A stretch of DNA of 64,000 nt from assembly GCA_965655095.1 (NCBI GenBank), contig OZ296649.1, forward strand, positions 38,192,001-38,256,000. Reading direction: 5' to 3'. The notes under the pieces were generated by a model, which was given only the letters and a program-made list of their open reading frames with translations, was not told the DNA's origin and did not search any database. The DNA is from Haplodiscus bocki (taxonomy: Eukaryota). Position numbers and translations under genes: made by a program. Position 1 is the stretch's first letter; each line of letters starts with the position of its first letter. Below, piece after piece: positions 12,765 to 23,800 of this stretch.

Positions 12765-14443
12765 GAGTTCATCCTCTCAAAGCACAATCGTTTTACGACA
12801 AAACAGGAAGAGCAAACGCTTTAGACTTTTTATGAGTTTTTACAAAAGTTTTTTGTTGTGAAAATGGACCAATAGTTGAAAAGTTATGGCTACCCCAATT
12901 TTGACCATTTCTGATCAAATCTGAGGTTTTCCTTGAAAACATCATAAGCTACAAGAGATACAAACAAACATTCATATACAATTTTGTAGCTTTTTGAAGT
13001 CGGCCACTGTAATTGATCATAGCCACAACCAAGTTTAGGAAAGGCAATTTCTTGAATATTATTATGACGCTCCAAGTGTTGCTTTAACGCTTGGAGGTTC
13101 AAACAAAGCGTTTCATAGGTAATTTTAGGAAAACTGTGTCGCCTTGTTCTCAAATTATAGATCAATCAATTGTTTTGTTGGTTAAAATCAGCTACTAAAG
13201 GACCCGGTAAAAAATGATTTACAGGGTAATTTACCAATTTCCTGAAGCGCAGGATAGCAAAAAGCTATAGCGGACGCTAAACACTTCCCCATAGCAAAAT
13301 CCGAGAACACGCCGTGTGCTATGCAATTAGTAGCTGTTAGAATATTAGTCTGAGAAGCAAAATTTTCGATCTATATTAGAATCAATGAATGCATGTACAT
13401 CATTTGCAGACCCCTAACGTTTTCTCAAATATTTCGGAATGTAAAGAAATTTACTTTTCTGCCGCTGTAAAAATTCTGACAGTGTCAGTTGTTTTGTACT
13501 AAGAAAATGGTCAAACTACTAGCAGCACGAGGACGAGTTAGCTGAACAAGAGGCCGAGTACGTTTCAATGAATTGAGGAGGGCCTCACGTGACCTACAAG
13601 TTGAAAATCCATGACCACGTAAACGAATTTTAGAATGCCGTCCACCGTGCCCATTGAAAAGAAAATTACTTGCATAATTGCGTTTTTCTGAGTAATCAAC
13701 TGGGTATCGTCGAGCGTGCAAATTTTAAGAAGACGCATTAGGTTCATTAGGCGACGCCTCTGACGTTTAAGAAAACTTATCTCCACTGAAGCGATGCGGG
13801 AAGGAGTTTCAGGTAGGTTATTGGATTTTTCGTAATTTATCACAAAGTAAAGAATCAGAACTGTCAGTAAAATGAAGATCCTGTGGAGGACTAGATCGTT
13901 CTGACGACGGTCGCTCGGCCACTTAGTATGAGTTAGGCACCACCAGAGGAGCTGAGGCCGCTGCCACAGCAGATGGGGGTGCAGCAGCCGGTGCACCTGC
14001 CAGTCCGACTAGTACCGGCACCGGAGCGATCGGAAATCGAATACTGACAGTCACAATGGCGTATCTGCTTTCAGATTTGTTGCAACCAATTTGGAGGGAA
14101 TTTCCAACAACGAATGCTTTCACCGAACAGCGTTGGTACAACGCGAAAGTGGCCTAGCGAAAATTCGCGCTGAACTTGTCAAAATTGATGACAGTGGGAT
14201 CGACTTTGCGGAGTTAAAGGCGTAATGGAATACGATGAACGCATTATCTGTAACCAGATCACACTCCACGAATGATGTACTTCGAAGATGTCAGAATTTC
14301 AACACGGTACAGTGTAAGCTAAACTCGTAAGGATTTACTCGCAAAATCAGATTGCGAAAATTTAGCATTGAGTAGAAGAAAGTAAGAAATATGATGAAGC
14401 GGTGTGCTTCAGCTTCAAAATCGAAGAAGGCACGGTATTTATT
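12765..14443 (-). mobile_element. Decayed Gypsy/Ty3 retrotransposon, 3' segment (integrase C-terminus, Pro/Ala linker, macrodomain, putative PPT)
   Basis: Degenerate KYRAFFD...SDFASKSL..LYRVE.LTSSKYIIR...CVHRI (GPY/F-type region) at 14443-14220. Purine-rich GAGAGGATGAAC at ~12778-12767. Confidence 0.65.
12960..13350 (-). pseudogene. TARG1/OARD1-type macrodomain carried by the Gypsy element (frameshift and stop)
   Basis: NILTATNCIAHGVFSDFAMGKCLASAIA, then after a frameshift LIYNLRTR..FPKITYETLCLNLQALKQHL...IAFPKLGCGYDQLQW. This matches the AHC.S.D..MG.G.A and P.IGCG.D.L.W motifs. Confidence 0.8.
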
Positions 14444-14574
14444 TTCCATCTAATAATTTTTTCAAAAGGGAAACATTCAATTCAGTAGTTGGAGTTCCAT
14501 TATTTTCCTTTGCCTGATGTTGCCCATGACGCCCAGATTTCGAGTCTACATAAACGATGGCGTTTTGAATAATA

Positions 14575-15810
14575 CATATGTGTGGTGGCACCGCGGTTAG
14601 GTAGCACACAGAACGTGGCTTCGAATCCCATTTTGGGCTATATCTCTCAAACCGTTTTCAGACACAAAAACACGATGTTATTTTTCAATCGCAAGAAACA
14701 GGGTTTATTCCAAAAAAATTATCGTTTTGTGATACCTAGGTTTTTTCCCAAAATTGATCAGGCTTCCTATGTAAAGAAAACAAATGGTTTTTCCTCGAAA
14801 ATTTTGAAGATGTGAAAAAATTCGTTTGCCCCCTAAAACCAGAAACATAAAGCCCTTCAAAAGCCCTCGACTGATTCTCCTTCCATCCCAGTGGTCATCA
14901 CGAAGCCCAATTCACTTTTTATACAACTGGAAAAAATATCTTCGGAACAGTCTTGAAGAAAGCTATTTTTGACAACTTTCGGCAGAAAAACCTTGAGAAA
15001 AGTTCGTTTGGAGCAGCAACTTGCCTCAAAACCCACTGCAGAGCCCATTGCCTTATGCATTCCGCAATTCAAGTGAATCTGATTCACTTTGAGGCACGGT
15101 GCACGCAATAACTTGCGAAAATACAGTAAGTAACGTATACGAATACACATTTTCTTTTCAAAAAAATTTCCCGCTAAGACCTTGTGGGAAAAATCGATAA
15201 AAAAAATGGTTAAAAATTGAAAGCAACTAACGCTTCATGTTCGACCGCCTAACAAGCAATGGGATGCCATACATGAGAAGTGCGATAAATTAACAATTGC
15301 CCTCTAAAAATCTGGGTTTTCAATTGTTTTCGCAAAAAAACTCGCCGGCAATTAAGTTTCGTCCACCGCAAACTTCGGCCCCGGTCAATTACGACGTTGG
15401 CAGAGCAGCCAAGCAATAAGCAAACGGATCCTAAAAGGGCGTTTGTAGAAAAAGACCATTAAATTTAAGGAACGCAGTGGGCATTGTCAAATCTGTTTCA
15501 AAATTTTCCGCTATTCTCGGCGAAAACTGGCCGAAAAAAATTTCCGCAAGAAATATCGGAGCAAGATCCTCAACTGAATGCTGTTCTATCGATTAGTTCA
15601 AAAACATAAGCATTCCCAAGATTACTGCAGAGACAGGACTCAAAAAAATATAGCCTTCGCCCTCTAAAGAACCCAAAAAATGAAAATTTTTCGCCGATAA
15701 AAATTCGAAGGCGGAAAAAAACTCGCCGGCTGAAGAATTGGAATATGATAGTTCGTGAACCCGTCGTATTATTAGCGCAAAATCAGAGAATTCCGACCAA
15801 TAGGTGCCCA
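14575..15810 (-). mobile_element. Decayed Tc1/mariner-like DNA transposon
   Basis: End motif GGTGGCACCGCGGTTAGGTAGC is shared with the copy at ~31652. Faint VW..I...G.T and C-terminal G.SVE traces. Right end uncertain. Confidence 0.35.
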
Positions 15811-16199
15811 CAAACTTAGATTTAAAGAGATGAAACGGAGAAGGATGTCAAGGACAGGAGAAAATGAAATCATTTCGACGCGTCCGTGTGCGATTGGGCT
15901 TCGCACCGATCGCCTAAAAGTGTTTATATATCAGGTAAAAACTTAAAATATAAATGTAAATAGTTGATTTCCCTTTGAGTCTTTGCGCAGCAGTTTTCTT
16001 CCGTCTCATATTTTCTCCCCGGTCAGAAAACATATATATCCTGTGATCTCCAGATTGAGGAAATGTCAAAACGCGCAGGCAGTATTTAATTTCCTTAAAG
16101 TTTCAAATCATTATTGTGAAAAATAAAGGTTCAATTCTTTCAACAAGCTCACAAGCGAAAGCCATCTACTTCTTCAAGAGTACTCTATTGAAAAATCAG

Positions 16200-18170
16200 T
16201 TGTTTTGACCCTTGAATCAGAAATTGAAGAGTCCGAAACTCTGAAGCGAATATATTCAATTGTCTCGATAGTCGAACTGATTTTTTTACATAAATGCAGG
16301 TATGACTTTTTCCTTAAACGTCTCAAACGAAAGCTTTCACCTTGTTGCAAACCAGTCACTTGACGATATATCCATTTTGTTTCATGCATTTGAATCCTGA
16401 TAGTGCGAGAATTTCAAAAGTTTCATTAGTTTTGATTCATCTCGATATTTAAACTCCTCTTTTGGGTAGTCCACGTTTGGTTTCTCCCATCATTGTCTCA
16501 AACACTTCACGCAATTGTAGGAAGATTCGATTTTAAAAAGTTCTATATTTTGATCTTTGTGTCTGAATCCTGATAGTCCAAAAATACAAAAAAGTTTCAA
16601 ATTCTATGATTTACAAATTCAAATTTCGCAGGATCTACTGGTTTCATTTTTTCCCATCGAGGTCTCCATCATATACCTTAAAAATTTTCGGGAGTATTCG
16701 ATTGAAAAACTTTGATTCTCGACTCGGAATTCTGAGAGTGCGAAGATTTCGAAATGTGATATTGATATTGAATCATCCCGATAATTACACTGTTCTTTCT
16801 CCATATATACAGGTGATTCTTTTCATCAAAACACCAATCAAAAGTTTTGAATTGTAGAAGAGTGTTGAAGCAAAAGACCATCTATTTCGTTTTTTTGGCA
16901 TCGGAATACGAAGAGCCTGAAATGCTCAAATGACTCGATATTCAATATTATATTTCTCTAACTACGAACTACATTGTTTTCATCAAGGTCCCAATCGACA
17001 ATTTTTATGCCTTGACGAAGTTTGGTTGGGAAAAGCGATTCACTTCGTTTTTTGCGTTGGTTTTGATAGTTCTGAAATGCCAAGTAAATGCTCTTAGTTC
17101 TGATCTGGGTAACGATATTCCTAAGCTTAGTTCTCATCAACGACTGATTGATTTCTCGTTTCAACGTCTGGATTTGAAGCTTTCCACTTTCGATAGGCTA
17201 CACGGTCTTGAAGATTCTTTTTGTTCCTAGCGTCGGAGTCCCGATAATCCCAGATTGCTAAAATGCTTCTACATTAGATAAATATCTCTATTCACACTCA
17301 TGAGTCTTCATTACCCCAGGCTTGATTCCTTCCACCAAGGTCGCAAACGCAGAGTCTTTAGCTTTCGAGGAGCATCAACGTTGAAAACTAACAATTTTGT
17401 TCCGGCATTGGAATCTTGGGGGTCCAAACAGTCAGAAAAGTTTTCATTATGGTCTCATCTCAGTTTTTAACTCCCGTTACTCCAAAATCATTGACTTGTT
17501 TCCTTCCTTCAAAATCTCACTAGAAAGCTTTTTAATTTTATTGGAATAACCAAGTAACCATCATTGACTTTGTTCCGTGCATTGGAATCCTGATGGACCA
17601 GAAAGGCCTGCAATTTTTGTAAAAAAAGACTGATCTCGTATCTGAAAGTCGTGTTTCTCCATAAGTACTGACTGATTTCTACGTTCAAGGTCTGAATTTA
17701 ATGCTTTCCAGTTGTTTCGGAATCTTCCAGTAGAAAATATTGTTTTTTCTTCATACAGTGGAATCTTGCGGGACCAGAAACGTGAGAATGTGCTATCAAT
17801 CTTGACATCCCTCGATATTCAAACTTATCTCTTCCGCTCTACCAGCTTCGTGTTTCTATCAAGGTGTCACTCCATAGCTTTTTTGTCACTCAATAGCTTT
17901 TTACTTCAGACGGACCAATCGTTGCCAAATATCATCCTATACGGTCTTTACACAGGACTTGGCAACGTGACTAGCTTATTATGGCAGAAGTGCAAATAAT
18001 AGAGACATACTTCGACTTTCCGATTCATCCTTCGAAAATTACAGCGTTCAAACATTACATGGCGTATGAAAACACGGTATTATATTTTCAGATGACTCTT
18101 GAAATGAACAAGCTACTATTTTATTCCTGATGAGGGAATCTGGATAGACCGGTAATGACAAAACGTCCAA
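16200..18170. repeat. Degenerate satellite, ~170-176 bp unit, ~11 copies
   Basis: GGAATCCTGATAGTCCAGAA-like anchor at ~16391, 16564, 16726, 16902, 17060, 17234, 17410, 17583, 17760 and 18136. Confidence 0.7.
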
Positions 18171-18345
18171 TTAGTAATCGTATTTGTCGAGTTTCAAACT
18201 CAAACTACCGGCTCAAATTCTCCCGAAAAGGTCTCCGTCGAGATTTTTCTGTCAATGATGATTTCCTTAATAAAAGTGATTTCTGTATGGTAGATCAATT
18301 TTTCTTGCGCCCCATTGACCAAAAATTTGCAGTGCGACTGCTCCT

Positions 18346-19474
18346 CTTGTTATACCTTCCGGTGAGTTCAAATTTCGTTTCGGAAAATGTCATGTTCATA
18401 GCGTCTCGTAAGGCAAAACAGATTCACTGTTAAGAGAAGACCGCTCGGTATTTTTGAATGGCATGTCGATGGTTTGACAGGCTCGCTTTCACGAAAAAAA
18501 AACTCAAGGACTACAGCCAATCGCTGAATTATAGGACGTATTGAGAATAAAAGTTGCCAATTGCACATGTTTGTACTAATCAATCCAGTCTTCATTCGTG
18601 TTCAACCTGAGATATTTAGGGGCGCTATGAGAGCGTCCAACAACGGCTACTGTTTGTGGCTGCTTTAAGCTAGCATGTTCCTACTGGACTTTAAACATTC
18701 TCATTAATTCATGCATTAGTTTGGCTACAAACTAAGTACCAAAACGAGAAACGAAGGTCTTCCATGAACACCTGTTTCTATAGCCGATCGAAGTTAATTC
18801 ACGCACCGCAGTGTCTGCTATCACCTTTTTCGAAGTCACAGGAAAGAGGTATTTCCAGCAAACAACGATCGCTGTCAATCCATAACAGTGAAGTGGTGTT
18901 CAGAGCCGGCCAATCAAATCAATTTGAAGTGTTTCGCCAGTAAAAAGTTAACGACGACAGTGGTTGCAGGGGTGTTCTAATTTCTGTTATGGAGCGCCTC
19001 TAAGTGGTAGCCATGTGGGCGTTACTTGAAGGTTGAAATCAGTCCAGTAAACTAGGAAAAAAAGCGTTCACCAAAACCTTCCACAGTTTTAGCAGTGTCA
19101 AAATTTCGAGCAGTTTCTGACTTTTGAAGGTGGAAGAAAACTTCCCACCACAGATTTTTCGGTACACAAAATTGTTTGTGCTTCACTTCGTCACAGTCCT
19201 CCAAAAATAGTATCTTGTCCTCCAAAAGAATATCATCTTGTTCAACTAAGAAGTTGAACTTTTCTGTAATTTCGTGACGCAATTCGCAGAGTAGGGGACC
19301 GGTCAGGAGCTGCCAGACTTTCCCTCGAAAGTACTTCACGAACGACTTGGTCAAATTGTTGCTCCTGATCTAGTTTTAAAGATTCCGACCACTTTGGTAA
19401 ATCATTTGAAACATCTTCGAAATGATTTACTTCCATCAGATTTGCGCAACTGGTGTGAAAACGAGCAGTCCTAC
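18346..19474 (-). mobile_element. Decayed Gypsy retrotransposon, middle segment (integrase Zn-binding and core)
   Basis: KQFCVPKNLWWEVFFHLQKSETARNFDTAKTV; GETLQIDLIG; LTAI...KYLF; ATFILNTSYNSAIGCSP. Confidence 0.75.
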
Positions 19475-20869
19475 TGCAACGGCCATTCGAAGCCTCAAGA
19501 CAAACTCAAGCTTTACACCTGCTCTGGTTCGAACAACTTGGAGCCAACTCCAAGTCAGTTTCTCGCTAATGAACGACTGTATTCAATAATTTTCATGGAA
19601 GTCTCAAGCTACTATTGCTAGGCGAAATTACCTTAAATTTATGTGTTCTCAATTCTTCTCGATCGAAGCACTGTAGTGATAGCAATTCCTTTCTCAATTG
19701 ACAGTCGGCTTCCTGGAATCGAATTTGATTAAGTGATAGAGAAGATAAAATCTAGTTAACGACCTTCTTGTTTTAGCATTAAATTTGGTTCGGTTAAATT
19801 CATAAAATTTCACAAGTTATCATCGGTTAAGATGTGTTGGAATTATAATACATTCCATCTGATAAGAGTAAGATAAGATTTAGCTGCTAAAGTGGCGGCT
19901 AAAGGTATGTACTGCAAAAAGTGATGAGGCATACAAAATCAACAAACGTGTTCAGTAAATATTGACTTGCCAAAGTTCATACAGTCAATCTCGAAGCAAA
20001 TTAGCTTATGTTTACCTTGAGGATAAGACGAATAATGAAGTACAGTGACATTGACGAAGCACCGGCTGCAACCGTTCAAATAGAGTACTGGCGCCACCGA
20101 AGGTACAACACTGCCGATAAAAAACTCTAGCGTTGTCAGTAAAAATGATTAAAATATTTGACCCAAGTGTGGATTAAAAATGAAAAGTAGTTATTTCGTG
20201 CGAGGCGGGCGTGTATGGGAAACCGGCCACCAATAATTAAGGCAACAGATTGTGAGTAACTGTCGGAAATAAGTCTATGCCAGCAAGAAGGCGAAAAGGG
20301 GAATAAATTACAATCTGATTGAAGGCACCAAAAAATTAGAAAGGTTTCATTGTTTACTGCTCAGAAATCAATGAGAGCAAACATAGAAAAAGCGCCACGA
20401 TAGGAATGGCCGATAGGTTGTGCGGTTTACGGAAATATAGGAATTGTTCCATAAAGAGCTTTGTAATAAAAACAGGACTGGTTTAATGTGTGAAGGTAGC
20501 ACTGAAAAAAAGTATTCTTTGAAGGCTTGAAACGAAGTCAATGAGGGCGAGATTGGGAAAACGGCCTAGATACGTCGAAGGCCCACGATATGGGGAAACT
20601 GAAACTATATTCAATAGGTTTTAAAACAAATGTTTCGAAAAACGGGTTCATTTTTGAAACATCGCAGGTGAAATCATTTCACATTGTTAAAATTCAATCA
20701 GAGCTTCATATTAAGGTTTCTGCGAGCAGTAACTGGATCAAAATTCCATCTTGCACATCTTCAATAAAAGCTGTGCGGCAGCAAGTGCCATACCAATGGA
20801 TGTCCAGTTCTTCATCAAAATTCCACGGGTACGCTTTAAAATCATTACTTCGGGTTCGGGGTGCCAACA
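19475..20869 (-). repeat. BEL/Pao 3' LTR
   Basis: TG...CA ends. Collinear with 26956-28355, roughly 92-95% identical by eye. Confidence 0.88.
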
Positions 20870-20889
20870 TCGCCTGCCCTGTTTTGATC

Positions 20890-23800
20890 TCGAGAACACT
20901 CGTAGATTTAGGGCGCCATCTTCACGACAGTTCGTGTAGGCTCACCTTCTTCGATTTTTATCATGGCAGATCGTACAACGCCATCATCTTCTGGATACAC
21001 TTCCATCACAACGGCGTTCAGTGTCTGTTCGACTAAGCACACAGCCGTTATCGGGACGGGTAAAGTAAGAGATCTTGCGCCCAATATAGAACACATCGCT
21101 TTCTAACAACTTCGAACAAGGCGTTCCCAAGCGCCTCCAAAATGGGAAGCTCCAGGGGTTGAATTTCCAGGCAATCTTATGCTGTGCAGGACCGTCATGA
21201 ATTTGAGTTTGGTTCCATTGAATAGCAACTTCTCGTTCTTCACATGCCGCGCCGACCAAGGACGTACCATTAACACTAACGATGGTGTGAGGTTTGCCTC
21301 GCCTTGCCATGAATCTTGTGAGTGCCATCATGCATGCATCTGTGTCCAAGCCCTCAACCACTTCGGTAGGAACAGCTCGGGTAGTCAAATATGTATATAG
21401 ACAGCACCAATATTTTCGTGCAAAATTTAACTTCAAACGCGCCAAATTAATCTATTACAGTGTTCTGAAAAGGATATGAGATCCCATCCACTTTCTTTTG
21501 GCAGATCAGCCAATTCAGATTGTAATGACAGGGCTGCATTCTTTCCAAATTTGTGTTTGATGCTCCGTAAAGCATTTCTCAGACCAATGATCCAGAATTT
21601 TTGTTGAAGGATACTTCAACACATTTGTGTTTGATGCTCCGTGAAGCATTTCGCAGACCAATGATCCAGAATTCTTGTGGAAGGATATTTCGAACAAGCT
21701 CATTACCTTCATGAAACTAGTCTTCATGTGCCTTTCTCAACATCATTACGACAAGTGGATTCTTCGACGATATCAAAATTTAATGCTTAACTTGTGGGCT
21801 CAATTCAGATGGTCTCAAACTGCCTTTCAATCGGATGGTTCCTTCCTCGTCCAGGAAGGGACACAATTTTCGCAAATTAAGTAGAACCGTCTCGTGAGTA
21901 TCCTGAATCAGTGATTTCGAAAGCTCTTCCATGCTTTCCTTTCGAGCGAGCAGCAACGCTGCTAGCTTGGCACTTCACTTTTCGTTAAGGAAGATTCCAA
22001 TGCTTGATTCAAACAATCAGTTTCAACTTCTTCCGGTTCCTTTTGAGTCTTTAGCAAGAGCCAAGTTTCCATAGGGTTGCGAAGCCAATCCCGCCCTGTT
22101 AACCTTCCCGTTTCCAGCAACTAAGAAACTATGATTCCTCGTGTACCAATGTAAGCTGGATTCAATGTTCCATCCACATGTCTGCATTCACCGATTGTCG
22201 AGCTGTCCAGTTCTCCTATTCTATTCGCCACGAAAACATGCTGTTTCTTGTGGGCAGACCGTAACCACTGTAACACAGTCAGAAAATCAGTCCAATGGTA
22301 CAGCTTCCGAATATCTACGTCAAGATCTTCTGATGAGCTGCCTCAATCTCACGATATATAAAGCCGCTTGAAGTTCCAATTTCGGTACTGTCTTCTGCTT
22401 CATGGGAGCGAATCAACATTTCCGATCACAAAATTGACTTCAACGCCACCGTCATTCTCTGCTCCGAAACAGGCGACCACGCACAGCGCTTACAACGAGG
22501 TGTCTCAGAAAATTTGATGGTCAACTGAAGACGGTTTTTTTCGGAAATGACATCTATTCAGTCTTTCAGCTGTTGCAATTGCTTAGCCCAACCCTCAAAA
22601 CACACCTTGTCATCCCTTGGTATCTCTTCATTCCAGAGTTGTCCGAATGTCGACCAAGGAGTCTTCCGCAAAATTCTCATTCGCTTTATAAAAGGAGCAA
22701 AACCCATATTGGATCAGAAACAGAGGCTAGAAAAAACAGAAGCACTCTCTTGTGTCTTCCTTCCGGGACTTTCTTCATGACAACACGCCAAATTTCTAAA
22801 GTAGCAACTTCCATGTTCCACTGGAGGCCCAATAAAGATGACGTGCTTGGTTCGGCTTCAAATGGTTCCATAGTCTTCTTCGTCTTGCCCGCATCGTCAG
22901 AAGATTCCACCGCAATATTGCTGTTTCTGAGCAATTTGGTCAAATGGAAACCTCCGTTCCCTAGCTATCCGTTCAATTGTTGGTACAACTCCATCGCACC
23001 TTCGTCGGTTGGTGCAGACTTCGCAAAGTCATCAATGTAAGCATTCCGTTTGATGGCTCGTGATGCAAGTGGATAAGGAGCCCTGTTGTCGATTCCGGTT
23101 TGTTGAGCGCATGATTGGACAGGTTGAACTTTTCACGCCAAATATGTGCCTTGCGTACTCATAGACTTCAGCTACTTTGTTGAAATCCTTTCTCCAGAGA
23201 ATGCTAAGGAACTTACAATGAGCTGGTGGTAACTTGCAAAAACATAGCTTCCACATCAGCTGTAATGGCAATTTCGTGTTCGCCAAATCGGAAAAAGAAT
23301 CCAACTAGGTTCTGTAGAAGATCTGGACCACTCATCAGCTTGTCATCAAGCGCTAGACTTTTGTATTTCGACGCAGCGTTACAGACGCTTCGAACGTTCT
23401 CGGGTTTTGTTTGGATTGATAATTGGGTGGTGTGGAACACAAACAACTGCGGTTCATTTTTGGTCTCCCCAGCTCTTTGGTCTGGTCTGAAGTTTTCGAA
23501 CATGGTTGTTATCCAAGTCCATTTGTATCGTTGCTTCTTACCGTTGTCGCAGGTTAGAGTCTTGCAGCCTTCGTTCCAATGAGCACAATTGGCTATAGCC
23601 AGAGTAATAATTGTTGAGGAACCTTTCGTTGTCCAACCAGAGGAGACGAACTTAGTATCTTCCTTCCGACAACTGTTGTTTTTACAATACCTCAATATCC
23701 TTCTTGTACTCACGGGACCGACCACTTGCATTGCAGCGGGATACATAAGACTCAGAATTCCACCACGTTTTCAGTTGGTCAGCTAATTGATCATGATCGC

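Noticed and set aside
14580-14630. tRNA or SINE (GGTTAG...TTCGAATCCC)
   Set aside because: It has A/B-box-like words but I could not fold a cloverleaf. It is treated as a repeat terminus shared with ~31650.
20590-21036. Functional antisense gene in the BEL LTR
   Set aside because: The copy at 28076 differs by many amino-acid replacements and has a different end, consistent with neutral drift.
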